Part shown: positions 34,030 through 46,246 of the stretch, one piece after another
Layout: each line of letters opens with the position of its first letter
Position numbering within the stretch: the first letter of the stretch is position 1
Source: Piedraia hortae CBS 480.64
Lineage: Eukaryota
Length of the DNA stretch: 64,000 bases
Direction of reading: 5' to 3'
Assembly (NCBI GenBank): GCA_010093745.1
Contig: MU005978.1
Coordinates: 186,001 to 250,000, forward strand
Made by a program: the position numbers and the translations under genes
Notes under the pieces: model-generated
The model's input: the letters and a program-made list of their open reading frames with translations, nothing else
Databases searched by the model: none
What the model was told of the DNA's origin: nothing

Positions 34030-34294
34030 GTGTCGACATAAAGACTACAAATTCACACGACCAACTGTCTGGCTCAACAGCAAATCGGAGTCTTTGGTGA
34101 CAGCCACAGCAGAGCCCCGCTCCCCCGAGGCTCCGGGTTCGTACCCTAAGCTAGCGCCTGTGCGTTGCATCGCCTCCCTTGGCCAACCACAACGTCCATT
34201 CCTCTTGATCGCGCACGCTTCCCACCCTGTCCGACGCAAAAGATCTTCGACACACGACGCGCCTCATTGATGCCGCTCGCTTGAGGGCCGTGAA

Positions 34295-37200
34295 ATGGCC
34301 GATTCGACGGCCGTGGACAGCGAGCGGAGTAATCCCGTTAAGCGGCTACGATGGGCGACGCAGCGCCGGCCGGGGACAAAGGGTGTGCAAAAGAGAAAGA
34401 GCATCTTCACGCGACATGCTGCGCGACAATCGATCGAGAGAAAACGGAACTCGGCCGAGGCCGCGCAGACTGGCAACAGCGGCGGAGACGGCGGCGGCGG
34501 CGGCGGCGGCGCGGCGAGCCCAGGACGGACAATCTACTTTAACCAACCGCTACCAGCCAGCGCATTGGATGACGAGGGCCGGCCGCTGCAGCAGTTTGTG
34601 CGCAACAAAATCCGCACGGCCAAGTACACGCCGCTCAGCTTCGTGCCCAAGAACCTGTGGTTTCAGTTTCAGAACATTGCCAACGTCTATTTTCTGGCCA
34701 CTATCATCCTCACCTTCTTCCCCATCTTCGGCGCTAGCAATCCGGGGCTGTCGGCCGTGCCGCTGATTTTCATCGTCGTGGTCACGGCCATCAAGGACGC
34801 CATCGAGGACTGGCGGCGGACATTACTGGATAACCAGCTGAACAATGCACCCGTACATAGGCTGGTGAACTGGACAAACGTCAACACGTCTACGGAAAGC
34901 GTTGGTCCATGGCGGAGGATCAAAAAGGCAACGTCACACTCGATTATCTGGGTCTGGAAGCAGTGGAAAGGGCGCAAATCTGGGAAGAGCTATTCTGAAC
35001 GTGCTATGGATACAGATGGACGGCGGACAAGTACGCTTACGGCGCGACTGGATGCAGCGGATGCAGGGAAGCCTGTGGAGCATGCGAACGGCGACGTTGA
35101 GCTCGGCCGAGTTTCGGGTCACCCGGGTTCAGTAGCGGACTCGGTCTCGGACGCCGACTTTTACTCGGCCTCGGACAAAGAGGGCCCGTCTAAGGACGAA
35201 CCCAAGGACGAGTCCGGCTCATCGAGTCAGACGCGGGTTGCTGATGCTCCGGTCGGCCCTCGCAGCTACGGCAGTGTCCTCAACCCTGCCCTGGACACGC
35301 CCGAAACCGCACGGTTCAAGGCCGAGTGCTGGAAGGATGTGCGCGTCGGGGACTTTGTTCGACTGTACAATGGCGAGCAGATTCCCGCCGATGTGGTGGT
35401 GCTGGCGACCAGCGACCCTGACGGTAGCTGCTACGTTGAGACTAAGAATCTTGACGGCGAGACTAACCTCAAGGTGCGGACAGCACTACACTCTGGCGTG
35501 GCGGTGAAGCGAGCGAGGGATTGCGAGCGCGCGCAGTTCGTGTTGGAGAGCGAGCCACCGCACGCCAACCTATACGCCTATTCGGGTGTGGTGCGCTGGA
35601 AACAGAACGGCCGCGACATGGCAGAGCCGGTTGGCATCAACAACATGCTGCTGCGTGGCTGTACGCTGCGGAACACGGAGTGGGTTGTCGGCATCGTTGC
35701 CTTTACCGGCGAGGAGACCAAGATTATGCTGAATTCGGGCATAACGCCGTCCAAGAGGGCACGAATATCCAAGGATCTTAACTGGAACGTCGTCTACAAC
35801 TTCTTTCTGCTGTTCATCATGTGTCTGGTGGCCGGCGTCGTCGGCGGTGTAACGTGGGCTGGCAATCGGACATCGATCCGTAACTTCGAGTTTGGCTCAT
35901 ACGGTAAGAGCCCCGGCATGAACGGCTTCATCACATTTTGGGCCGCCATCATCCTGTTCCAGAACTTGGTACCCATCTCGCTCTACATCTCTCTCGAAAT
36001 CATTCGCACTGTACAGGCCTTCTTCATCTACTCCGACACCTTCATGTACTACGAGAAGCTCGACTACCCGTGTACGCCCAAGAGCTGGAACATTTCTGAC
36101 GACATTGGCCAGATTGAGTACATCTTCTCCGACAAGACGGGTACACTGACCCAAAACGTCATGGAGTTCAAAAAGTGTACCATCAACGGCGTGGCGTATG
36201 GTGAAGCGTACACTGAAGCTCTCGCCGGGATGCAGAAGCGGCAGGGCATCAACGTCGAGGAGGAAGGTGCCAGAGCCCGCGAGCAGATTGCCCGGGACCG
36301 TGTAGACATGATAAACCGCATGAGGCGGATGCATGACAATCCCTATGCTCGAGACGAGGATCTGACGTTTGTCTCATCCGAGTTCGTGTCACATCTAGCC
36401 GGTGACGTTGGGCCGGTGCAGCAGAAGGCATGTGAGGAGTTTATGCTGGCCCTCGCCCTCTGCCACACGGTCATCACCGAGCGCACGCCGGGCGACCCTC
36501 CACGCATAGAATTCAAGGCCCAGTCGCCCGACGAGGCTGCCCTTGTGGCGACGGCGAGGGACGTCGGCTTCACCGTCCTCGGTCGCGTCGACGATAGCAT
36601 AATTGTCAACGTTCTGGGCGAAGAGCGCGAGTATACCGTCCTCAACACGCTCGAGTTCAACTCGGCGAGAAAGCGTATGAGTGCAATCATCCGCATGCCC
36701 GACGGCAGGATAATTCTCTATTGCAAAGGCGCCGACAGCGTCATCTTCTCCCGTCTGCGGCCTGGTGAGCAGCAGGAGTTTCGTAAAGTGACGGCTGAGC
36801 ACCTCGAAATGTTTGCGAGAGAGGGTCTGCGAACGCTCTGCATTGCCATGCGCGAACTGAACGAGGACGAGTATCGGAAGTGGAACGCAGAGCACGACAT
36901 AGCGGCCGCTGCCGTGCAGGATCGGGAGGACAAGCTCGATGCCGTTTCCGATCTCATTGAGCGCGATCTGACGCTCATTGGCGGTACGGCCATTGAAGAC
37001 CGGCTGCAGGACGGTGTGCCGGATGCCATCCGCCTCTTGGCTCGTGCCGGCATCAAGTTATGGGTGCTGACAGGCGACAAGGTCGAGACGGCCATCAACA
37101 TCGGCTTCTCTTGCAATCTCCTTGATAACGACATGGACTTGATTGTACTCAAGGTGGCCGATGAGAGTCTCGACAAGGCCGAGGCTGAGCTGGACAAGAA

Positions 37201-38835
37201 CCTCCGTCTCTTCAACAAGACGGGCTCAGACGAGGAGCTGAAGCTGGCCAAACACAACCACGAGCCTCCTCCTCCTACCCACGCGCTTGTCATTGACGGC
37301 GACACGTTGAAGCTCGTGCTCGACGACAGGATGAAGCAAAAGTTTTTGCTGCTGTGCAAAGAGTGCCGCTCGGTCCTCTGCTGTCGAGTAAGTCCGTCGC
37401 AAAAGGCTGCCGTCGTTGCCATGGTCAAGAACGGCCTGGACGTCATGACCCTCTCTATCGGAGACGGTGCCAATGACGTTGCAATGATCCAGGAAGCCCA
37501 TGTCGGCGTTGGTATTGCCGGCGAAGAGGGTCGTCAGGCCGTCATGAGTGCAGACTTTGCCATTGGGCAGTTCCGCTTCCTGACGCGTCTGATGCTCGTA
37601 CACGGCAGATGGGCATATCGGAGAATGGCGGAGACGATTGCCAATTTCTTCTACAAGGTGCGTATCAATAGGTTGGAAGCATGAAACTGGCTGACTGTTT
37701 ACAGAACATGGTCTGGACACTGGCCCTGTTTTGGTATCAAATCTACACAAACATGGACTGTTCCTATGCCTTCGACTATACCTACATCTTGCTCTTCAAC
37801 TTGGCCTTTACGTCCTTGCCCGTTATCTTCATGGGCATTCTGGACCAAGACGTCGACGACACCATCTCCCTTGCCGTGCCGCAGCTGTACCGGCGCGGCA
37901 TCGAACGCAAGGAGTGGACAGAGACAAAGTTTTGGCTGTACATGCTCGACGGCCTTTACCAGTCAGTCATTTGCTTCTTCTTCACCTATCTCCTTTTCCG
38001 TACCGGCTCGTTCAACAGTGCGAGCGGACGCACCATTAGTGACTACAAACGCATGGGCGTGTACATTGCCAACCCGGCCGTGGTTGTGGTGAATACGTAC
38101 ATTCTCATGAACACGTACCGATGGGACTGGTTCATTGTGCTCATTACATCCATCTCGACCCTCCTCATCTTCTTCTGGACCGGTGTCTACACCTCCTTCA
38201 CCGAAGGCTTCACCTTTTACAGTGCCGGCCACCAGGTCTACGGGCAGCTGTCGTTCTGGGTCACGTTGCTACTAACCATCATCCTGTGTCTACTTCCCCG
38301 TTTCGTGGCCAAAAGCTACCAAAAGATTTACAAGCCTTATGACGTCGATATAATCCGCGAGCAGGTCAAGATGGGCAAGTTTGACTACCTCAAAAACGCT
38401 GATCCAGCCAGCCTTTCACTCGACACGGGCTGCAAACCGTCCAGCGAATTGTCGTCCAAGGAGTTTAAGAAACGGGACAAGACCATGGAGGATGACGAGC
38501 GGCCGCTGTATCCGCCATCAGTGGCTCCCACGGCCACCACTCACAACGCACGGAGCCAAAACGGCAGCGACGGGACGGGTTACACCGGACAGAGACAGAG
38601 TCTCGACCGTGCCTATCCACCCGTGGTCAACATCACAGCCGCACCGGGTGAGGCCGCGGCTACAGTACCACGGCCGAGCTTTGATCGGTTGAGGTCAAGC
38701 ATGGACCGCACACGGCCCAGCTTTGAGGCCAGCCCCGACTTCACCTCGGCCGCGTACCTGTCGCGCATGGAGAGCAGCCAATCGGTGCCGAGAGAGACCT
38801 CAAGACGAAGAGACATCAGCGAAGACTTACGATGA
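34295..38835 (+). CDS. DNF1: P4-type phospholipid-translocating ATPase (Dnf1/Dnf2 clade). Intron 37658-37704
   Basis: DGET, PISL, DKTGTLT and GDGAND motifs. The TM1-2 FGA and TM4 FQNLVPISL match the Dnf1/2 clade. Spliced FFYK|NMVWT. Confidence 0.92.
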
Positions 38836-39062
38836 CGCAACGGGATTGTGATTTTTTGTTCTTTGCACATATTAGCGGAAAACTGGGGCTTAGACGCTGG
38901 TCATTGTATATAATGGGATCCTGAGTTCATAGTAGTTCAGTGTGAAAGGTGACCGTCTCAGTTAAATTGTGATACGTTAGCGTAACGACTTGGCAGCGTC
39001 GGGGCAAATTACGTCAGCGCGTCCTCCACGACGCGTCAATGCGGTAAACGTTTCATATAGCC

Positions 39063-41021
39063 ATGCCTGCGCCAGACATTCGCCGATTCTTCCAGCCAAT
39101 TACGTTCCGTGCAAAGGCCGTTGACGTGCAGGCAGGACAGACGCATCACAATGGCCAAAATTGTCAAAATCTCCAAAATTTCAAAATGGACCAAGACTTA
39201 CCAGCGCGGAAAAGACGAAAAGTCACGCCCGAGACTCGCCAGACGCCCGCTGAGAGTCCAGAAGACAACAGCAGCGATGACGTATTCTTTCTAGCGCCTG
39301 AAAACCCGGAAATGGTCTCTACATCGGCGGACGGCGTGCGCGTTGTGCCCAGTTCGGACGCGGAAGACAGCGATGAGGAACTTGCAGATCTCGATAGTTT
39401 CGTGCCCAAGTCCAGACCCGTCGCTGCTGTTCAGCCGTCAATGAGACGCAGCACCCGCATCTGCGCCAAGACAACGGAGCCGTCCCACCTCCCGTCGCCG
39501 CCGCCGACAGTGTACAAGCACAGTCTGGCGAGCATGATCAAGGCAACGCGCATGCATAGTGAGCAGGAGGCGCGGATTGCACAGGCGGAGGCGGCGGTGG
39601 CAGAGTCGGAGAAGATGCGGCTGGAGGAAAGTCTCGGCGACGACGTCATGGATCTCACCTTCATGGAAGCAGAGGACAGTGACGAGCGCAGCAGGGTCCG
39701 GGCCGCCATGAGCCGCACTGAAGCCCTACAGGGAGGAGATATGCTCTGCTTCTTTACCCGTCCCGTAGAGCGCGTGGCGCCATATGACTTCCCTGCAGCC
39801 TCTCTGCCGCAGAACAAGGCATGGGCGAAGCTTATGAGCCAGGACGAAAGTAGAGAGAGACTCTGTCTAACCGGCTTCGTCACAAAACTGGCCTCTTCCC
39901 ACTTGATTCCTGACGAACTCCTCTCCTGGTTCGCCCACCGTCTCCTCTACGAACCCCGCTGCGAACTCTGCGATGCATACGTCGAAATCATCCAAGCCGC
40001 TTCATTTCAAGCCATCGATCTAACAACATTCTACCATACGCGATATAGCGATCCCTCTCCCACTCTCCCGGCCTGGAAAAATCACCTCATCCAGACCGTA
40101 AACTCCACCGATGAGTCAAAACCCAGAAAACGCGCCCCTAGATTCCCCATCCCAGGGCTGGAATACATCCTCCGCCTCCTCCCACCCACCTCCCCCCACA
40201 AGGTCTTAATCCAACTCCTCCTCTCCCTCCTCGACATAAACACCAAGCCCCTCACCTCAGCGATCTCAACCACAATCGAACGAATGACTTCAACCCACCC
40301 CTCCTCCTCAGCGGAATCCTTCGCCCACGAAGTATTATCAACCCTCCTCCCCGAAACCGACATCCCGGCGATCCCAGTATCTATGCACCAACAATGCGCA
40401 CTTACACTGTCCCTACCCTGCGGGAATGTAGTGGCGCATACCCTCCGCAGACGACTAGCATTGTATACCGTTACGCAGATTCACAGTTCTTCCATTTCGC
40501 TGGGCAATGCAGAGTGGTTCGAGATTTTAGTTGAGCAGCTTGGCGTAGGTAGCGCGTTTAAGGTTTCCGGCGAGACGGATTTTTCGCTGCTCGAGAAATT
40601 GGTGGTTGTGCTGGATGTGGCTGTTGATGGGGGGTTTGCTGATTTTAAGCCGGAGAAGGGGGGTGTCCCAGCAAGGGAAGGGGCTGAGCGTGCCTCGCCT
40701 AATGCAACTGAAGGTGCGACACCCGGGAGCGAGAGAACTCCTCCGAATGTAGAGGCGGAACGATCAAAGGGGATTTTTGCAATCATGCGCCAGAAACAGC
40801 CGCTAGAGAGTGGGCTGTTCGCTACCCGAGAAGAGGAAGAAGCGTTCAACACCCATGTCGATTCTCTGGTAACGCAGCTGAGGATTACAGCAAGTAGGTT
40901 ACGATACGGACCTGGAGTGCATTTGAACCGATGGGAGACGCAGTGGAAGATGGATAATCTTATTTCGAGGTGGGAGTGTGCGGTTCGGACGAGGGGGAAG
41001 AAAGGTCGAAAGGTTTTCTAA
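39063..41021 (+). CDS. Hypothetical protein (652 aa), probably nuclear
   Basis: Long intact ORF with an NLS-like RKRRK, an acidic SSDAEDSD patch and a helical C-terminal region. No family recognised with confidence. Confidence 0.75.
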   Translation: MPAPDIRRFFQPITFRAKAVDVQAGQTHHNGQNCQNLQNFKMDQDLPARKRRKVTPETRQTPAESPEDNSSDDVFFLAPENPEMVSTSADGVRVVPSSDAEDSDEELADLDSFVPKSRPVAAVQPSMRRSTRICAKTTEPSHLPSPPPTVYKHSLASMIKATRMHSEQEARIAQAEAAVAESEKMRLEESLGDDVMDLTFMEAEDSDERSRVRAAMSRTEALQGGDMLCFFTRPVERVAPYDFPAASLPQNKAWAKLMSQDESRERLCLTGFVTKLASSHLIPDELLSWFAHRLLYEPRCELCDAYVEIIQAASFQAIDLTTFYHTRYSDPSPTLPAWKNHLIQTVNSTDESKPRKRAPRFPIPGLEYILRLLPPTSPHKVLIQLLLSLLDINTKPLTSAISTTIERMTSTHPSSSAESFAHEVLSTLLPETDIPAIPVSMHQQCALTLSLPCGNVVAHTLRRRLALYTVTQIHSSSISLGNAEWFEILVEQLGVGSAFKVSGETDFSLLEKLVVVLDVAVDGGFADFKPEKGGVPAREGAERASPNATEGATPGSERTPPNVEAERSKGIFAIMRQKQPLESGLFATREEEEAFNTHVDSLVTQLRITASRLRYGPGVHLNRWETQWKMDNLISRWECAVRTRGKKGRKVF

Positions 41022-41395
41022 TGATACATGAGGGGGAACTGTTATGATAGATTTGGATAATTTGTAGCGTTTACGTTTTGGGGGTGGATGGATGGACATG
41101 AGTATGTAATTAACCGTGGTTCCCAATACGAGGACCTATAAATCATATTCTACCTGTGCTAAAAAAAATCGAATCTGAATAGCAGATGGATATGTCCCAT
41201 AGCTTAAAAATCTGCCGTAGAGGGGATGACAGTAACGCCTCATCCTTCCAAGTCCAACTTGTGTGCTGTCACAAGTTGTGACGTCCCCAATCCCAACCCT
41301 AAACCCACCCCCCACCCGGGACCCCTGCCCATCACCATCAACCTCTCATCAACCTCTCATCACCCTACCACCCATATCACCCCCCAACCATTACC

Positions 41396-42148
41396 ATGTC
41401 CACCACGCACGCCATGTCGGACACGCAAGTCCAAACCGAGCTCCGCAAGATGACAGCCTTCATCAAGCAAGAAGCGCTCGAAAAAGCGCGCGAGGTCCGT
41501 CTCAAAGCGGACGAAGAATTCTCCATTGAAAAATCCAAACTCGTGCGTGAGGAAACCTCTCGCTTGGAAACCGAGTATCGCAAAAAACTCACCAAAGCGG
41601 GTATGAGCGAGCAGATTAAAAAATCGACGATAAAGAATAGGATGAGACTTAGGGTTCTGGCGGCGAAACAAGAGGTTGTGGACGGTGTTTTTGATAGAGC
41701 GGCCCAGGCGATGAGGATGGGGGAGGGACATCAGGGCGGAGAGGAAACGTTGAGGGGTTTGATACTCGAGGGGGTTTATGCGCTTGCGCGCGGGGAGGAG
41801 AGGGTTTACCTGCGTTGTAGGGAGAAGGATGCGGGGATGGTGAGAGGTTTGCTGGATGGGGTCAGGGGGGAGGTTAGGGAGAAGCTGGGGAGGGAGGTGT
41901 TGGTTGATGTTAAGGAGGGGGAGTGGTTGAGTGGTGAGGGGTGAGTTTGTCGTGGTGATGGATTGGGTGGGAGGAATGCTAACGCGGAATGATATAGGAT
42001 GGGGGGGGTGATTGTTTTGAATGGAAGTGGGAAGATTGAGGTTAATAACACCCTCGAGGAGAGGTTGCGGTTGCTGGAGAGTGATGCTTTGCCGGCCGTG
42101 CGTGTGGCGCTGTTTGGAGAGAATGAGAATAGGAAGTTTAGGGATTAG
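41396..42148 (+). CDS. VMA4: V-type ATPase subunit E. Intron 41941-41997
   Basis: [33 protein letters not shown]. Spliced [37 protein letters not shown]. Confidence 0.95.
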
Positions 42149-42658
42149 AGGTGTTGTAGTGATATTTCATTTGGAGGGAGTTTTGTTATGCTCGAGTCAA
42201 TCCTGATGACAGCAGAAAGGGCTGATCTGTTCTACACCGCTCCCTGACGGTTTCTACCTAGCCAGCTACAACCAGACCTTGCTTTATAATTTGGCGAACT
42301 GTCACTACACCCAGCTTGATCTCCACGAAATTGGACATAACGGACTCATTATTGGTGGAAATAGTTTGTGTACGATATCAATGCGCTATTCACACTGCCA
42401 AACCCACCCCTTCCCCCCCATCCAACCCTCCGCGGGGCAACTTGAAGCAACTCGCAATGTTCGTCGTTGTACGTTGTGACAACTGAAAACAAAAATCGCA
42501 ACAAGTCGCCGAAATCAAAAATTGTTCGGAATGAACAAAATTTTGGTACCTATCGAATTTTAGCTATTCGAATAAGCCCAAAAGAGACATGGCAGGCCCT
42601 CGGGATAATGTAAGAGGTCATGCAAGTCTGAATAAGGCCCGGTCGGCTTGAACTTGCC

Positions 42659-43556
42659 GTCGGCAACCTTCTAACCGGACACCTCAAAAGTCACCATCTT
42701 TGAAACGGCACAACACAACACTGGAACATCGCATAAACTTATAAACTGGTTCTAGTGATAGCCGAGACCGTAGAGATTTACTACATGATTATTTTGTGTG
42801 CCTATGTCCAAATTACATCGATGGTTGGCTCTTGAAGACGAACTTCGCAAAATCGGGAATTTTGAATCGCAACAGCACAGCCATGCGACCTGATATACAT
42901 TTGAGACTGCAGTATGTGATAGCGGCGACCTCAAAAAGTTGTATGGACCGCATTTTGAGTCACAAATTTTGTTGCGCTTGATGTCAATGGTCGTTCGAGC
43001 TCGATTGAGCTTATGATTTCGGTCGCGGAGTCAACCCCAGCCAAACCATTGCAAACAGTCAAACCAACCCGCGGAGGCCACTCCCTGCCGACAATCGACA
43101 TATCAGTCGCGAAACAAAGTGGAACTGATGCGCAGGATCATAGTTGGTCTACTCGTCAATTTGTAGGTCCTTTGGCTGCCTACTGGTGGCGTCGCACGGC
43201 TCAAAGCTGAAAGGAGCTTGACGGCCATTAGTATCCAGCGCTATCACATCGACTCAAAATCAAGCTCATACAAATCCTTGAGGCCGTAGCTCCTACATAC
43301 TAGGATTCCCAGCGTGTATTATGTTGCGTTGCCGTGCAATCGCGGATCAAAGCTCGAGATTTATCGATGGCTATGTTCAAAAACCACTCAGCATTGTAGA
43401 GTCAATTAGACACACATAAAACGAACACGTAGTAAATCGCTACTGTCGCGGCTATCACCCGAACTAGTTTATAAGTTTATGCGATGTTCCAGTGTTGTGT
43501 TGTGTCGTTTCAAAGATGGCGACTTGTTGAGGTGGCCGGTTAGAAGTTGTGCCGAC
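42659..43556. repeat. Long imperfect inverted repeat (palindrome)
   Basis: 42659-42787 matches the reverse complement of 43427-43556, including an exact shared CACAACACAACACTGGAACATCGCATAAACTTATAAACT. Weaker similarity continues inward. Confidence 0.9.
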
Positions 43557-43828
43557 TGTAACCCTACCAAACGTAACCAGTCTAAGATAACAACTCGCTG
43601 TAACCTGCTTGGATGGTTCCGACTTGCTGCGAGTTGCGGGGAAGTTTGCCGTGCAGTTGCGAATTTGCACTGATCTGCCAGGCGGGACTGATTTGAGGAC
43701 TTTGTCATCAGAGAACAGCAAAAGGATGAACATTTTATTACAACCAACCGAAACGCACATATGACGTCAAATGCCTATAAATGCTTTCGAAAAGTAGAGA
43801 TTCCCCCCCCCCCCCCTCCAAAACCATT

Positions 43829-44995
43829 TCAGCCCTCGCCTGGCGGAGTAAGCATTAATCCGTTTTGCGCGGGAGCAGCACCCTGCTGAGATTTTTCCTC
43901 CACTCCCCTCATCTTCACAACGTTTGGAGAACCCATCGACTTTCCATCCCTCTCACTTGCAATCTCTGCGTCTTTCAAAAGCGCCTCACACATCTGGACT
44001 GAATTTCCCAGAGTACCGCCACCCTCACACCGGGAAAATCTCGCTTCAGTGTATTTCAGAATGCTGCTTGTGAAGCATCTGAATTTGGTTGCGGGAATGT
44101 GCAGGTTCCACTGCACGGTTTGTAAAAAGAGCCGCTCCAGAGCGACAATCTCGGCTATGCGCAGACCAGACATTTTGCTCCAGGCTTTGAGCGAGTAGGT
44201 CTTGTCCTGGAGGTATTTTGTTGCCAGGATTAAGGCCGTCAGAAACATGCGTCTGCCGCAAAGAAGGGGAGAGGGGAGTTGTTTTTGGTGTGGTCGTTTT
44301 TGTTGAGGGTGTGGGTGATTGTCTTCGTCGTCCTCGTCGTCATCCATATCGTCCTCGTCGTCATCCATATCGTCATCGTCGTCATCCATACCATCCTCCT
44401 CGTCCTCTTCATCCTCATCTTCCTCGTCCTCATCTTCATCTTCCTCGTCCTCATCTTCATCTTCCTCGTCTTCCTCATCCTCATCCTGCTCATCCTGCTC
44501 ATCCTCGCTGTCATCTCGCCCCAGGCGATAAAGTCCCAGGCGGATCAACGCCGGCCTCAGCAAAACAGCAATGTAATAGAGAGCGGTTTGAAGGGTAGAA
44601 TAAGACATCCTCGACCGGCGGAGGACTTCCTCGATAAACTTGTCCAACGGAAGCGGGTCTGCATTTGCTGAATTTGGCCAGATATGCTGGACCAAATCGG
44701 TCGTTGTGGTGACGAGGCAGGAAACAAACTGAGCTTTGTGATCTTGTTGGTTGAATACTTGAGAAGGCGGGAGCTCGGCCTCTACTTCCAATCCCTTGGG
44801 AGCAGGAGGCGGCGTAGCTTTTCTTTCATTTTTTTCCTGAATTGAATTTACCCTAGTCGCTGACGGGCCCAAAGAACGTGGTATTGCCGGATATTGGCAA
44901 AAACTTGGAACTTTCCTAACATTAACCACTGAATAGCTTGTCGTGAGCTTATACTCACATTCGCGGTCAATGCTCGCAACCATCACAGTCGCCAT
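43829..44995 (-). CDS. Pho85-type cyclin (Pcl5/Pas1-like) with an acidic insertion
   Basis: FIEEVLRRSRMSYSTLQTALYY...CGRRMFLTALILATKYLQDKTYSLKAWSKMSGL..ERLFLQTVQWNLHI. The start is uncertain. Confidence 0.82.
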   Translation of the reverse strand: MATVMVASIDRECEYKLTTSYSVVNVRKVPSFCQYPAIPRSLGPSATRVNSIQEKNERKATPPPAPKGLEVEAELPPSQVFNQQDHKAQFVSCLVTTTTDLVQHIWPNSANADPLPLDKFIEEVLRRSRMSYSTLQTALYYIAVLLRPALIRLGLYRLGRDDSEDEQDEQDEDEEDEEDEDEDEEDEDEDEEDEDEEDEEDGMDDDDDDMDDDEDDMDDDEDDEDNHPHPQQKRPHQKQLPSPLLCGRRMFLTALILATKYLQDKTYSLKAWSKMSGLRIAEIVALERLFLQTVQWNLHIPATKFRCFTSSILKYTEARFSRCEGGGTLGNSVQMCEALLKDAEIASERDGKSMGSPNVVKMRGVEEKSQQGAAPAQNGLMLTPPGEG

Positions 44996-46246
44996 TGCTA
45001 AAAGATATTACTCCTTCCAACCTCTGATATATCAAGCCTGGACGTGGACAGTCCATTATACTGTTTCGTCCATTCTCGGATCCGAGGTAGTCACAAAGAG
45101 TGAGCACGGCTGAGGGGTTAATAAGTTATGCCCAGAGTCAATAACTCGAGTACCAGTCACACCGCATGAGTGACGTTTATGTGGTGGCTGTGCAAGATGC
45201 ATTTCGAAGAAAAAAAAACTGTGCAGTGAACCCTATCTACCCGCTTTACTATTTTCAGAAGGACCCGAGTGCATCGGAGACTCCGTTCTCTCAACGTCTT
45301 TGGTGTTCTGTGATCTGAATGGAAATAGTACTGTTTACTCACAAAGGATGCTTTATCTCGCTTTCGAATTCCAACACGAGCCAACGGTCCGGCCCGAACC
45401 TTGCATCCTGGAGCCTGCCGTAGCCTTCCCCACTGTGCGGGGGTCATCCCCACTTTTGTCGCCGGTAGGTTGTGCGTCACCGCGACTTATTCACCACAAC
45501 ATCCGCTCAAGAATCAGTCTTAACCAACCCTTTAGCTAATGGAGACGAGGAATGGCTAGTTCTCCATCTCCAGGATTTCGACCACATATCCGTAATAAGA
45601 TGTCTCCTCCAGCCTCGTCATCCGCCTCGGGTAAGGTCAGGCGTCAAGTCATTTGATCATCCCCTTATATGCGAAGGCGTTCAGCCCTGGATCAATGTCT
45701 AGATAAGGTCACAAACGGGTAGCTCCCAGAACCATTAGTTCAGCCCGAGTGATATTGCAATAGAGCCTCGCAACGTGAGTCGATGGTACGAGAAGGATGC
45801 ATACCAGCTCATGCAGACCTTCAGTGACTCATTATTGGGCTATGATTGAGTCATTAGGCTACCTGCGTGATTGCAAATGGAGAGTAGCATATTGTCTAAG
45901 ACAAGGCGATGTCGCAATGGAAGGTCCCAGATCGAAACCAAAGGCCTTACAAACGTGGTTGTCCCCTTGGCCACTAGCCTATGCAACGTTCTGCAGGTAT
46001 CCGTCGGCATATGAATTAAATGCACCTAATTCGTTTTAGATACTATTCAAATGTGCCAGTGCCGAAAGGAGCCGGAACCATCTGCACAATGCTATATTTC
46101 GGAAGGTAGAAACAGCCCAGCCTGGGCATGATATATTGCATCGTATCGGGATCTTGGTATCATAGCTGCAATCTTTCCCAGCATTTGGGAATGACATCAT
46201 CTCACAGACGTCCTCGTAGTAACACACTGATTAATAAGTCTATTAA

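Noticed and set aside
356..37750. Long antisense or overlapping ORFs (e.g. 356-1327, 5948-6919, 16890-17864, 36718-37473)
   Set aside because: They are shadows of real genes caused by GC content and codon bias.
44917..44959. GTGAGT..TAG candidate intron near the cyclin 5' end
   Set aside because: Splicing 43 nt joins an upstream frame with an immediate stop, while the unspliced ORF is open.
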